This document shows positions 27,250-41,057 of a stretch of DNA of 64,000 nt, piece by piece. This DNA is from Octopus sinensis (lineage: Eukaryota): assembly GCF_006345805.1 (NCBI RefSeq), contig NC_042999.1:18910001-18974000 (forward strand), given 5' to 3'. The notes under the pieces were generated by a model. It was not told the DNA's origin and ran no database searches. It saw only the letters and a list, made by a program, of their open reading frames with translations. The stretch's first letter is position 1; every line of letters begins with the position of its first letter. Both the position numbers and the translations under genes were made by a program.

Positions 27250-27306
<57 letters not shown>

Positions 27307-27516
27307 GCATATAAGCGGGATAACCTGTACGTGGCCATCTATTATCTGGCGTTTGATAAATTTTCTTGACAACATTCCCTTCTTAGTGGTAAGGCCATAG
27401 CGGATCTTCTAGCATAATGGATGTCCACTTATAGGTCATCCCTCTTATATGTATGTAATATAATTTTTCTGAACCTTCAGATTTTTTAATATACTAGAAT
27501 ATATATATATATATAT

Positions 27517-27820
27517 ATTGTTTGCTCCTTCTCGATCCACGCCTGGCTCAGAAAGGCCGGTTTCCCATTTTCCTTGGCGTATAGGTTCCCCTCCTAGATG
27601 GGACGCCGGTCCGTCGCAGGTGAGCTGCAAGATGCAGGAGGAAAGAGTGAGAGAAGTTTGCGGCGGAAGAGTCAGCAGAAGTTCGCCATTACCTTCTGCC
27701 TGAGGTGCGTGGAGGTTAGGTGTTTCGCTCATAAACAAACACATCGCCCGGTTTCAGATTCGAACCCACGATTCCTCGACCGCGAGTCTGCTACTCTAAC
27801 CACTAGGCCAAATGCCTCCA
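27517..27820 (-). mobile_element. SINE family C head with alternative tail
   Basis: Reverse complement of GGAGGCATTTGGCCTAGTGGTTAGAG..GACTCGCGGTCG head; tail CCTGCGACGGACCGGCGTCCCATC. Confidence 0.8.
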
Positions 27821-28530
27821 ACACACACACACACACACGCACACACACACACTCACACACACACACACACACACACCCATATATATATGGAAATAGATAG
27901 CTAGATAGTTATATAGATATATACATACATAGACAGGAAAACATAAAGATAGACAGATAGATAATAGATAGATACGAATATATATAGATGATACTTTTAC
28001 TCCCATATCATTTCATAAAATTGGTGCTCTTATTGATGTTATTCAAGACATCTCTTCGATTTCAACGATTTTCATCTGTATAGTAACAAAAGCAACAAAT
28101 TCATCTTGCTCCCCGAGGGAGGATGGAGGGCATTAAATATAATATTATGTAGCATCAGGAGAGCAAGACTGAAAGCTACGTATTTGTTGGAGCTAGAATA
28201 GAAGCAGCAGCAAAATCCGCCTTTCAATAACGAGATAACAAACTTGATCATATTAGACTTGCACGACCCTTCTAGATAAAGTAGATATTTCGGACATCTG
28301 AAGAGTTGGACAGGACAGGATACTTTAGAAACAATAGCAATATAAATAGTCAAATCTTAGATTCCAGTGGCACACTTTTTCGTGTATGGATTTTTGATTT
28401 CGTTAGTATGTTATAAATATATGTAGACTTCACTGTAAATTGCTAGCAATTTAGACAGAATCCAAACACATAATATAAACATGGCAGGGACAGTGCGATG
28501 ATATAGCCCAATGGTAGACAAATATATATA

Positions 28531-28573
<43 letters not shown>

Positions 28574-28599
28574 AACATGTGTGTGTGTGTGTGTGTGTG

Positions 28600-28810
28600 C
28601 ATTCGGTGCAAATGTTTTTATTATACGGTGCCGTCGTTTACGATGCTGTAAATAATAATAATGGTATTTTTATATAATCTTAAAGCTTATGGCGATCACC
28701 GTTAATTGACTGAAGAAAATAGCCTAATAACGGGACATATAAGCTCTGGGGAGAATAAAGAATGCTTTCCTATCCACGGATAGGAATTTGCGGCCGAAAT
28801 TCTTTAAATC
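28600..28810. repeat. Unclassified interspersed repeat (second copy at 38050-38230)
   Basis: TTCGGTGCAAATGTTTTT..TATACGG..GGTATTTTTATATAATC.TAAAGCTTATGGC.ATCACCGT is shared between both loci, each following a microsatellite. Confidence 0.75.
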
Positions 28811-29597
28811 CCTAGCTGTCACAGTCTTGAAGTTTCAACAATCGTATCCTTTCTCCCTTCGCGCTCATGTGGCTAAATAATTCATTACATCAATAAATGT
28901 TATAATATCATTATGGTTTTCTGTTAACTATATTCTCAATCTACGCTTAACATGTAACATTAACCTTCATTTTCTGAGAGAAAATGTCTGGATAGGTTAT
29001 TTTCATTCTGAGGCTATTAGCGTAGTTCACCCCAAAACTGAAGAATCTGAAATAGAAAAGAAAGGACATTACACAGAATAATGAAAACATAACAATTGTA
29101 GTGGTCATAGTGCGCAAACCAGCTGGGAAAAGTTTTATCAAACTTGATTCACGGAAACCGAGAAAACGTAAATTTACTCCTAAGTTATTAACGCGGTTCT
29201 GGGTGTATGTATACCCTGATCGTTTCACATATCTATGAAAACACGAGCAAAAGTAAATATTTTCGTGTCAAACTCACGTTTCATCTTACAGAATTAAAAA
29301 GACGTGACGGCTAGAATGAACACCCTGTTGGAATATAGATCCGTACTCTGTACTACTCCGGAATCAAGAGTAATGAAATAGGAAGTGGCATGTCCAAAGG
29401 CATTGTAACTCCTAGCTCGGATACAGATTTAAAATACAAATTTACGATTATGAATCGAAAACGCAACCGAAACCACACTTTAACCTATAGGTTACGTGTC
29501 ATTGCTGGCATGCAGACTTGCATTAGACGTGTACAGCTGAATTAGAGTAATATTTATGTTTCCTCTGTTTATTTACGTACTTCATAAAATTATATAT

Positions 29598-30005
29598 GGA
29601 GTGGCTGTGTGGTAAATAGCTTGCTGAACAACCACATGGTTCCGGGTTCAGTCCCACTGCGTGGCATCTTGGGCAAGTGTCTTCTGCTATAGGCCCGGGC
29701 CGACAAATACCTTGTGGGTGGATTTGGTAGACGGAAACTGAAAGAAGCCTGTCGTATATATGTATATACATATATATGTATGTGTGTGTGTTTGTGTGTC
29801 TGTGTTTGTCCCCCTAGCATTGCTTGACAACCAATGCTGGTGTGTTTACGTCCCCGTCACTTAGCGGTTCGGCAAAAGTGACTGATAGAATAAGTACTGG
29901 GCTTACAAAGAATAAGTCCCGGGGTCGATTTGCTCGACTAAAGGCGGTGCTCCAGCATGGCCGCCGTCAAATGACTGAAACAAGTAAAAGAGAAAAGAGA
30001 GAGTA
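29598..30005 (+). mobile_element. SINE family A
   Basis: Near full-length match. Confidence 0.9.
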
Positions 30006-30598
30006 TCCCACCTTGATACTCAGTGAAGTGCGATCCCAGTTGACGCTTACCTGATATTAAATAAAAGGTTAAACACTTATGGTATCCAAATTAGTTCTCT
30101 CACTTTTCTTTAGCTACTTGGTTTGGTGAGTATATACAGAGAGTGGCTGATTTTTCCTTATAGACTTGGTCAAATTGATGTAAACCGTTCTGATAACAGC
30201 ACAATGAAATCCGAAAATCGAGTAAGGTTATACATTGTGTTTTAAAACTACGGAGACTGAGTGAAGTTTGCCCAGAGAAATTGATAGATTTAAAATCCTT
30301 TTAGGGGCACAGAAAGTTGAAGACGGAATCATAATCACATGACATGTTCTGCCACTGGAACAGAGCAATCATTTGAGAAAAAAATTATTTTAGAAGCTTT
30401 GTTCCTACCATCTAAAACAGCATGAACTTTCGAGAGGACGGTACATGATTTCTTTTTAAATGTAGAACTCGAAGTGGAACGACCTTCGTTTATTTTCTTT
30501 GCAAATAATATTTACATACGATCATTTTATAATTTACCTACTTCGAGATCTACAATTATGACGCAAACCATTACTGTGTGCCTGTGTGTGTGTGTGTG

Positions 30599-30640
<42 letters not shown>

Positions 30641-31299
30641 TACGTGTGCATGCGCGTACAAACATATATGTGCGCGTTTGTATTTGAACGTGTATGCGCA
30701 TATGTATCCGCATGTATATTTGAGTGAGAGGATACTTAGCTTTCTCATGAGTGGATTTATCTTATATCTTTTTATGTAAAATCATTAAGATATTGGTTTC
30801 CTTTGTATGCAAAATAGACGTATGTGTGTCTACTTACAGAATTATACGAATACACAGACATACATATATCTTTGTAGCGTCATTGTCTTTTCTGCCACTA
30901 CTACCATATGAATGTTACGTATATTCAACAAAGATGAAAATGAAATGTTTAACGAAAATTCATATTCTAGTTGTATGCATAACGGCTGTGAAGTGGAGAA
31001 TATGGCGGTGACTGGTATAAAGTATTGTACAATGAAGGATATCAAAAGAAATATATTTGTTCCTTCCAGATGAAAGCTCAATAAATCTGTCATGCAAGAA
31101 AACTATTGCAGTTTATCTACCCATCGAAAATTTTGAGTTTACTTGCACTTCGATATCTTAATAAAATATCGTAAAAACAAACACAGAAATATGCATATGC
31201 ACATATAAAAATGTATCATATCTATGCGTGTATGTGTGTGTGCTTGTGTGTGTGAGCTTGTGTGTGTGAGCTTGTGTGTGTGTTTTTATACATCAATAT

Positions 31300-31327
31300 A
31301 TATATATATTATATGGGTGGTTAGATC

Positions 31328-31359
<32 letters not shown>

Positions 31360-31390
31360 TACTTATATATATATATATATATATACAAAC

Positions 31391-31427
<37 letters not shown>

Positions 31428-31526
31428 CATACATATATATATATATACATATATGCATATATATATATACATATATATATACATACATACATATATATAT
31501 TCATATATATATATATATACATAAAT

Positions 31527-31575
<49 letters not shown>

Positions 31576-31800
31576 TACATACATATATATATATGTACAT
31601 ATATATATAAGTATATATATATATATGTAAATATATATTTGAATGTATATATAATATATATATATAAATATATATATATATACTTAGATCTCAACACCCA
31701 TATAACATATATATGTATACATGAATATATATACACACACGCGCACAAGCGCACCCACACACACACATGTATATGTATATATATTTACATGAATGCATAC
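31300..31800. repeat. Compound (TA)n/(CATA)n microsatellite
   Basis: Direct reading. Confidence 0.95.
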
Positions 31801-31974
31801 ATACATGCATACATATAAAGAGATGCATGTGTATATTAGTGTGTATATATGGAAGCAACTGAACGAATATACGTGGAAATATTCTGCCTTTTCTCTCCAT
31901 CTCTTTTTTTCTCTTACACATTTCTCTTTCTCTCTCACACACACATTCTCACACACACTGTCTCACACATAACA

Positions 31975-32008
<34 letters not shown>

Positions 32009-32489
32009 TACTGTCACACATATTCTCACACACACTCTCTCACACATAACACTCTCTCTCACACACACACGCACGCACACACTCACTTGCAATCTCTCTT
32101 CCCCTCTCTCTTTTCCATTCTCACATGCGGACAAACAAGAACACCATGATATACGAAGAGTGAAAATATGTAAGTGAAAATATATGGGTATCGGAAATGT
32201 TCTTCGGTTAATGTTTATATGCTTGTGTCTGAAAGCAGTTTGTGTGCTCGAAAAAACAATTACAAGATACACTTTTTCTCTTTCTCTATCAGCCAATCTG
32301 TTCACATTCGTGACTCTGTCTCTCTTGCATTGTTTCTATCTTCCTCGTTTTCTCCAATACATAATGCATTATTAATATAGCTTATTATCTTGTTCCATTT
32401 TATACACGCATGTCTCGTCATCCGCCCCTACACACACACACGTACATACACACACACACACACGCATATATATACAGTATATATATGTG

Positions 32490-32700
32490 ACCTCGTCTGC
32501 ATCACTAGCGATTTTTTTCCCCTGTCTTCCCTTCTCGGAATCTTTCCTTCTCCTATGTTTCCGACGAAGAGCTCCGCCCGAAACATTAAGCCCTCCTTCT
32601 TCCCTTCTTTCCTGAGCGTCCAATAATACTATATTTGTTCCACGTCCTTGCGTTGTTGTTGTTTTTTTGTTTTTGTTTTCTTGCTTGGATTAACTATATA
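32490..32700 (+). mobile_element. Penelope-like terminal-repeat relic, family P1 (other copies 49180-49262 and 50108-50325)
   Basis: Shared TTTCCGACGAAGAGCTCCGC.CGAAAC.TTAA.CCCTCC...GTCCAATAATACTAT...GTTCCACGTCC...TTGGATTAACTA; contains a hammerhead-like motif typical of PLE terminal repeats. Confidence 0.7.
32557..32591 (+). ncRNA. Minimal type I hammerhead-like motif, decayed (U4C core)
   Basis: GTTT-CCGACGA-A-GAGC-tcc-GCCC-GAAAC-ATT-AAGC; mismatch in stem II, and CG to CA change in the palindromic stem III. Confidence 0.5.
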
Positions 32701-32870
32701 TAAGAATTTTTTGCGTAAGAGATAAAAAAACCAAGGGTGTGTAGATTTTAGAACGTTTATGGATAGGTCTTACAGCTGTTTCCAGGATAATTATTATATC
32801 CCTTCATCGGAGACGGTGTGAGAGGATGGTTAAGAAATAGTTAATTTAGATATGATATAAAATAGAGAGT
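32700..32870 (-). mobile_element. Penelope-like terminal-repeat relic, family P2
   Basis: Carries the hammerhead-like motif at 32767-32814 and ends tail-to-tail against P1 at a short TATATA. Confidence 0.55.
32767..32814 (-). ncRNA. Minimal type I hammerhead-like motif (U4C core)
   Basis: Minus strand: GTCT-CCGATGA-A-GGGATA-taataat-TATCCT-G-GAAAC-AGCT-GTA-AGAC. Stem I is GTCT/AGAC, stem III is the palindrome ACAGCTGT, triplet GUA. Confidence 0.6.
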
Positions 32871-32946
32871 GAGGTGGAAGAATTAAAAGAAAATAGATGT
32901 GAGATATGTAAGGATATACATAAATGCATATATATATATATATATG

Positions 32947-33012
<66 letters not shown>

Positions 33013-33197
33013 GCATATATTATATAATACCATACATACACACACGCACACACACACACACATATATATATATATGTGTAAATGTAAAAAATACAAACTG
33101 GGACAAGAACGTGAAACATTTAGAAGACGATACAAAAAACACGGACGTGACATTCGAAGCCTTCAATCTTCAGTCAAGAACCGGATCATCTTCGGCA

Positions 33198-33239
<42 letters not shown>

Positions 33240-33303
33240 AACAACGCATGTCCTTTTCGCGGACTAATATTTCCCTTCTGTCTGAATCTTCATACTCCTA
33301 CTT

Positions 33304-33338
33304 CCTTCTGACGAAGAGCTACGCTCCAAACATCATTT
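33304..33338 (+). ncRNA. Decayed hammerhead-like motif
   Basis: CTGACGA-A-GAGC-tac-GCTC-CAAAC-ATC: canonical first core strand and intact stem II, but GAAA is CAAA and stem I is not evident. Confidence 0.35.
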
Positions 33339-33743
33339 TCTTCCATGCATGCGTACAAAAGTATTGGTATTGCAAGTATCAACAAGCGCAACATAGTAAT
33401 TATTTCATTTGGAATGTGGGGCTTTTTCGCTGCTGATAAACACTGGCTGGATTATATAAGACTGACTGCCTTTTACTACTCCATCAATACGTCGGATACA
33501 CACGCGCACACATAGGCATGTACGCACACACAGACACATATAATTCTATGCATACAGATAAATTGCGGCGAATGGCGTAATGCAATTGGTATAGACAGTA
33601 GGGGTTTAAGGATAGTTTATCATAGAGCATGTAGGAACCTGTCTGCAGGGAAACATGAAAAGTCAAATATATATGGTATCATTTTACATCATAGAATTTG
33701 GAATGAAAACTTAATTGCAGAGCTGTTACAATGGAGTTGTTAG

Positions 33744-33811
<68 letters not shown>

Positions 33812-34193
33812 TAAGAGAGTTAACGATAAGATAGATGTATCTTTTTGTTGTATTTCGCTTTCCTTATGTTGAAAGTAATGCTGTTTCTGGTGTGGAAAAA
33901 TTCTTCGGTGGCTACACCAGAGAAAGGAGCTATTTCTAGCACTAGAGTTAGCCACTTGGTGTTAAACTGACGGTATTATTAGATTAATATCTAATTTTGC
34001 ACCCTCATTTATGAATGTATATATATATATATATATAGTAATAAATATTAGGGAATAAATCCAAATTTACAGGGAAAAAATCAGATTTAGGATTAAATCC
34101 AATTTTATAGTAAAATATTATATAATATTATTAGAGACAAAACCACTATTTTGCAAAACACTTTGTTTTGCAAAATAGTGGTTTTGTCTCTAA

Positions 34194-34302
<109 letters not shown>

Positions 34303-36281
34303 TATGTATATACATAAAAAAGGATTTGTGCATAAGTTTCTTACAGCAGTTTGTAGAATAAATATGCATAATGCGCATATCTCGGTGAGATATTCTTTAA
34401 TTCCTCTCCTTTGAAGACGGAATAATTGGCATTTATAGGGAGATCATTATTCGCTGGGATACACAACTATTCGCTATAAGAGACTTTATGCACAACTTCT
34501 TAGCCCCTTATTTTACATAACAAATTACACTCCCAAAACGCCACTGTAACAACTCTATAATTAAACTTGAATAATGAATTCCATTTTCTAAACTGATGCC
34601 ACATATTTCTTTGTATTTTTATTCTTTCGTTCTAATATATGAGTATCTGTAATTCTTAATTTTTCTATGAATTTGCTTATATATACAAATCCTATATTTG
34701 GAAATTAACAAGGAAGCCAATGGCGTCATGTACGTTTCCGGAATAAAATGATTGAGGATGTTGGTGATTCTTCTCAATGTTGGTTGGTATATCATGAATC
34801 ATACTGACACATGAAACCATTGGTTGCATTGTTAATGTATATATAATATATATCCACCAAATGTTGTGTTGAACACTCATCCTCAATGTTGGCCACTGCT
34901 GTATATGATATATGTGTGTGTGTGTAAGAGAGAAAGCGGGAATCAGAAAAGAGAGATAGCGAAAGAGTTTGTGCGCTTGTAAGTGCAATTGTCTGTAAAT
35001 GCTGCATATTTCATTACATTATTATATAGAGTTGTTTTCCCTCTTCTCTCGAGTTTATATTTCTGTTGCCTAACACTTGAGAATATCATCACTTGTCTTG
35101 AATATTAAAGAAATTATATTGCAATATTTTATTTTCTCAAATTATATTCCTATTGGTTTTTCTCTTGATATATCTTATATTAAATCCCATTCTTCAGGTA
35201 GGCAAAAGCCAAATAGATTTTTGAGATTGTCGCAATAAAATATTCATTAGGTTTTTCCAAAATATACTGAAAATATTAAGCCTGTCGAATTTAATTATTT
35301 AATATTTATTTTTATGAAATGAAGCTTCATTTACAATATAATTTAACTCCGAAATGATGAACGAATCCGTGGAGGATATCTGTAGTTTATACGAGGCTTG
35401 ATTAGAGAAAATCAATTATAATTACAAAATGTTAGATATCACTTGTTGTAAAAAGCAGTGACGCAAAGTTTACTTGTGTGAAACCTGTCAAAGTATATGC
35501 AAATTGAATTTGAAATTCAATAGACTAGGGCAAGTTAATTTCAATTAATTAATGAGCATCTTTTGTGTCAGATGTTATAATTTGCTGTTTCCGTTTCTTG
35601 TAACGTTCCGTTCATATATGTACAGCTGCAAATTAAATCATTTTTTTTCGAACACAAACAATAAATAAAATAATGAATAACTATATAAAAAAGAAACAGA
35701 AAATAATTCACACATTTACTTAATGACAATAATGAATGTTTTATAACCCGTTAATTAGACAACACCTACTCACGTTGGTGAAGTAGAAAGCAATATGGCC
35801 GATGGATAATATTGCAGTGTTAAATCTGAAATATTTTCCTTCCTAAGTTATGAATTGCAAATGCCACGAATCAAATACAATACAGTTTACATATGAGATA
35901 TTGCTAATCATCATGGCATTCCAAATTACATTTGCTTGTATTTCCTGAGACACACATAGATACACACACACGCTAGTACGGTGGCGCTCACGCGCATAAT
36001 TACTTCAAAATTGAGGCAGGGTTATATGTTTATTAGAAATAATTGTGTTTAATGAGTGGACCAATTTACTTTGCTGGTATTGACCTATATGTCGAAGATA
36101 ATTTTTATGCATCACACTATCAAATAAGCAGATTAAGAAAACTGCTGAGCGTAAGTGTTTTCAGTGCAAGACATACCTAACAAATATAGCATCTTACGAA
36201 TACCCCAATCTCATTAACGCAATCCTAGGAGTTTTAGGGAAATCTAAAGGACGAATGTCACACAAAAAATCCCTATCATAT

Positions 36282-36589
36282 GCTGAGACCCCCTTTGACT
36301 GATCATGAGATTTCACCTGGGGAGTTACCTTCCCAGGCACACGTCCGGGCAAGCTTCTTTATGGAAGACCGGCAGTCCGCGCTACCAGTGTTATCGAAGG
36401 GAAAGGCAAAGGGGCCGATACAGCTTGGCACCTGTAACGTGGCAACTCATTTCTACAGCTGAATGAACTGGAGCAACGTGAAAGAAAGTGTCTTGCTCAA
36501 GAACACAACACCTAGCCCGGGCCGGGATTTAAACTAACAACCTCGCGATCGTAAGCTCGACGCTCTATCCACTAAGCCATGCGCCTTCC
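36282..36589 (-). mobile_element. tRNA-derived SINE family D (CORE-like), 12-bp TSD
   Basis: Reverse complement of GAAGGCGCATGGCTTAGTGG..GAGCGTCGAGCTTACGATCG head; TSD TCCCTATCATAT at 36270-36281 and 36590-36601. Confidence 0.88.
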
Positions 36590-36662
36590 TCCCTATCATA
36601 TCCAACACCGAATTTTACATACAATTATAGTGTTGCTTCAACAACTACTCGAGGGTGAACTA

Positions 36663-36860
36663 CGAAATGCGTAGCCGTATTTCGTCTGCCGTAACGTTCT
36701 GAGTTCAAATTCCGCCGAGGTCGACTTTGCCTTTCATCCTTTCGGGGTCGATAAATTAAGTACCAGTTACGCACTGGTGTCGATATAATCGACTTAATCC
36801 GTTTGTCTGTCCTTGTTTGTCCCCTCTGTGTTTAGCCCCTTGTGGGTAGTAAAGAAATAT
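36663..36860 (+). mobile_element. SINE family B
   Basis: Body and tail match. Confidence 0.88.
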
Positions 36861-37119
36861 ATATTCTCTTTCGTCCCACATTATACAGTTGTACTGAAAT
36901 CGTGTTTTAAGAAATAAGAAACTATATACTAGCCAGCATAGCGTTCCATAGACTACCATAGTTTTATAATTTACGAAATAAATAAATAACTAAATAAATA
37001 TAAGACTGGAAAAATGCATTTTTTCCCGTATGCAAAACCTAAACTCATTATTTGTATCTTATATCATCGAGCTTGTTATATCACATCAAAATCTATACAG
37101 CTTCTCATGAGTAGATTTC

Positions 37120-37470
37120 ACTGTTATTGCTGACAAAAGTACCCAATAAGATCTACAGCACATCTGCACACTCCTTCATCACTATCTACAAAACAATATT
37201 TCTTAGTTACGTGGGATGTAATCTATTAATGATAAGCATACAGGGACAGAGGCTTTTTTGTGCTAATTGGCAGTTTGGCTAGAATATATATTATAAGATA
37301 TCCGGAATTGGTAAAAGTAAAATACAAATTTATCTTTAGATTACACATCGTACTTTATAAAACGAGCGATGCTCTTAGCAACAATGCAATCCTGTATAAC
37401 TGATATAGCACCAGTTATCTCACTGCGGGAATGTCTTTCACTAAGGATCTGCCAATCGGAGCAACTCAGA
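37120..37470 (+). pseudogene. Possible decayed hAT-like transposase remnant (tentative)
   Basis: Translation FTVIADKSTQ...KHTGTEAF resembles the hAT F..xDESTD / TG motifs; many stops. Confidence 0.22.
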
Positions 37471-37759
37471 AGTAGAACATAAACAACATATGGACTGAAG
37501 TGCATCAGGAACTAAATACACCTTACATATATGATATGCACAGCAGGGTGCATAATACGAGTAATCACTACATGCTGTTCTGTGCGTGAAAAACGTTGCG
37601 TAGAGAAAGCAAGTAAAGAATATACGTGAGCATTGTATATTGAGGTTGGACTACTAGCATGTAATGCTAATGGTTAGAAACTAATATAGAAACTGTTGTA
37701 CACACACACACACACACACATACGAACATGCGAATGCACACGCACTCGCTCACACACCA

Positions 37760-37806
<47 letters not shown>

Positions 37807-37809
<3 letters not shown>

Positions 37810-38040
37810 TTTTATCTTTTTATTCTTTTACTTGTTTCAGTCATTTGACTGCGGCCATGCTGTGGTCGAAATCGACACCAGGACCTATTCTTTATAAGCC
37901 TAGTACTTATTCTATCGGTCTCTTTCGATGAACCACTAGGTTATGGGAATGTAAACACACCAGCATTTGTTGTCAACCGATGGAGGGGAACAAGTACGGA
38001 CACACAAACATACACACACAGACACACATACATATATACA
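37807..38040 (-). mobile_element. SINE family A 3' half
   Basis: Reverse-complement match to the tail. Confidence 0.8.
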
Positions 38041-38595
38041 TATAAATTCTTTCGGTGCAAATGTTTTTTTTTATACGGCGCCCAGTTTACAATCCTGCAA
38101 ATAATGATAGTGGTATTTTTATATAATCCTAAAGCTTATGGCAATCACCGTGCAATGACTAAGGGAATAGTCTAATAAAGAGGATTGTATGCCTTCGACA
38201 GAAAAAAAGTAGGCTTTCCTAACCGCTTTCTGCCGAGATCTTATTTATGCCCCTTTATTAGACTATTTTCCTTAGTCATTGCACGATGATCACCATAAGC
38301 TTTACTACATATATATATATATATATATCTATAATATATATATATATATTCTATATATATATATAAATTAATAAATAAAATATACGCCTACATACATATA
38401 TGTACGTATCTACATCTACATGTATATATACATGCATATATAATATATATATATGTGAGTACAGGACACAACAAATAGAAGTAGAACTCAGCGAGAAACG
38501 AAAACGTAAAAACAATCATGGAAACGGACTTTTTTTAACAACGCAAAATCAGAGTACGAGACAAACAATACAAGGAAAATTCCCCTTCATACCCC

Positions 38596-38634
<39 letters not shown>

Positions 38635-39498
38635 GTACACCCCTGTACTCACCTTATACCAAGTATGTATCTAATTTTTGTACGGCTCTTACTCTAACTT
38701 TTATTCCCCGTCTCATTTTTGTCCTTTTCCTCGCTACTCCCTCTCACATTTCTTGGCCCTCTCTTTCTTTAACTCCCACTATTTCCCACTCGTTTATTTC
38801 CCCTGTACCTTTCTCTTTGTCTTTTCTAATCCTTCAATCCCGCTGCTCCTACCCATCTCTCCTCTTTCCACGTGACCGATGTCCAGCCAGCCATCATCTT
38901 CTTTCTTAGCCTGACTGCCGACCGCCAACACCTCTTATCTCCATGTCCCATGTTCCTGCCTTTAGGCTGTCACTTCACACAGGCCAGCTCAATTTGATAT
39001 GTTCTCAGTCGAAAGACACCCGTTATTATTTCCTGTTGCTTGAATTCTGAATTGTTTAACATGATATCCGCTTTTTTTGTTTGTTTTTTTTTCTTTGTAG
39101 CCGTACACATTCGCTAGCTTTCTTACAAAGAGGTCTACAGCTCTTAACTTAGACTGTTTTAGGGGAAATCAGATCGAAGCTTCACAAGTGTAACTGACCT
39201 AAATGGTCGTGACTTTTGGAATTTGACTGAGGAAAGAAAGCCACGTCTTTTTTTTTTCTTTTTTGCCAGTCCTAGTTGTTGTTTCACTTGTCCGTCTTTG
39301 TATCGTCTATCTGTCCGAATGTTTTAATGTCCTCTATTGCGTTTTCCTTCCATGTTTATATTTATATAAAAATACACTCACAACACACACGCGTACATAA
39401 TATATATATATATTATATAAATATATATAGATTATATATATATATATAGATATAATTATATATATATATATATGTATTATATATATATATTATATGTA

Positions 39499-39531
<33 letters not shown>

Positions 39532-39544
39532 TGTATATATTATA

Positions 39545-39584
<40 letters not shown>

Positions 39585-39679
39585 ACGTGTGTGTGTGTGA
39601 GTGATATTTTATATAAATATAAACATGGAAGGAAAACGCAATAGAGGACATTAAAACATTCGGACAGATAGACGATACA

Positions 39680-39909
39680 AAGGCGGTGAGCTGGCAGAAA
39701 CGATAGCATGCTGGGCGAAATGCAAAGCCGTATTTTGTCTGCCGTTACGTTCTGAGTTCAAATTCCGGCGAGGTCGACTTTGCCTTTCATTCTTTCGGGG
39801 TCGATAAATTAAGTACCAGTTACGCACTGGAGTCGATGTAATCGACTTAATCTGTTTGTCTGTCCTTCTTTGTCCCCTCTGTGTTTAGCCCCTTGTGGGT
39901 AGTAAAGAA

Positions 39910-39911
<2 letters not shown>
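39680..39911 (+). mobile_element. SINE family B monomer
   Basis: AAGGCGGTGAGCTGGCAG head to GTAGTAAAGAAATA. Confidence 0.9.
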
Positions 39912-39948
<37 letters not shown>

Positions 39949-39952
39949 TATA

Positions 39953-40115
39953 CACGACGGGCTTCTTTCAGATTCCGTCTACCAAATCCACTCAAAACGT
40001 TTTGGTCGGCCCAAGGCAATAGTAGAAGTCACTTGCCCAAAGTGCCACGCAGAGGGACTGAACCCGGAACCATGTGGTTGATAAGCAAACTACTTACCGC
40101 ACAGCCACTCCTGTG
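39953..40115 (-). mobile_element. SINE family A 5' half
   Basis: Reverse complement of head and left body, ending at the internal microsatellite. Confidence 0.85.
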
Positions 40116-40378
40116 GCTATAAATACATACATGCACCTATACAGAGAGAAGAAAATGGATTGAACTATATGCTTTGGTTTATATCGCTACAATTGTTTCC
40201 ACTCGTCATTTCCTCCGTTGTACGTTGGTTCGATATATAATTAACACATTATGTAATTAAAGCAAGTAAAGTCCAATTTCCAATCGATACACAATTAGGT
40301 TTGCTTTTCCGACAAGTAGAAACCTAACCTAAATTATTACGGCACACAATGTAAGAAGAATTAGAGAATTTACTGATA

Positions 40379-40574
40379 GGCGCAGCAGTGGCTGTGTGGT
40401 AAGTATAGGCACAGGAGTGGCTGTGTGGTAAGTAGCTTGCTAACCAACCACATGGTTCCGGGTTCAGTCACACTGCGTGGCATCTTGGGCAAGTGTCTTC
40501 TGCTATAGCCCCGGGCCGACCAATGCCTCATGAGTGGATTTGGTAGACGGAAACTGAAAGAAGCATGTCGTATA

Positions 40575-40632
<58 letters not shown>

Positions 40633-40849
40633 TTTGTGTGTCTGTGTTTGTTCCCCTAGCATTGCTTGACAACCGATGCTGGTGTGTTTACGTCCCCGTC
40701 ACTAAGCGGTTCGGCAAAAAGAGACCGATAGAATAAGTACTGGGCTTACAAAAAGAATAACTCTCGGGGTCGAGTTGCTCGACTAAAAGCGGTGCTCCAA
40801 CATGGCCGCAGTCAAATGACTGAAACAAGTAAAAGAGTAAAGAGAGTAA
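40379..40849 (+). mobile_element. SINE family A with a duplicated ~30-bp 5' end
   Basis: GGCGCAGCAGTGGCTGTGTGGTAAGTATA followed by GGCACAGGAGTGGCTGTGTGGTAAGTAGC, then the full body. Confidence 0.9.
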
Positions 40850-41057
40850 GAACTTAGTGAACACAAAAAAATGATCTAATGTGAACTGGTGATATTAATA
40901 ACTATACGGATACGGGGAAACATTTCAGCTGGATAATATCTATACTGAGACTAGCACTACGCATAGAGTGATGCGTACTTATATCGATGAAATACATGAT
41001 ATTTCTGCCAGTAGCAATCATAGACTTAGTATCAATAATCACTAATCAAAACGTAAT

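Noticed and set aside
27320-27450. LYVA..LAFD RT-like motif
   Set aside because: Too short and degenerate to call.
33140-33180. Minus-strand CTGAAGA...TTCGAATGTC hammerhead-like string
   Set aside because: GAAA and stem III are incomplete and stem II has no viable loop; too degenerate.
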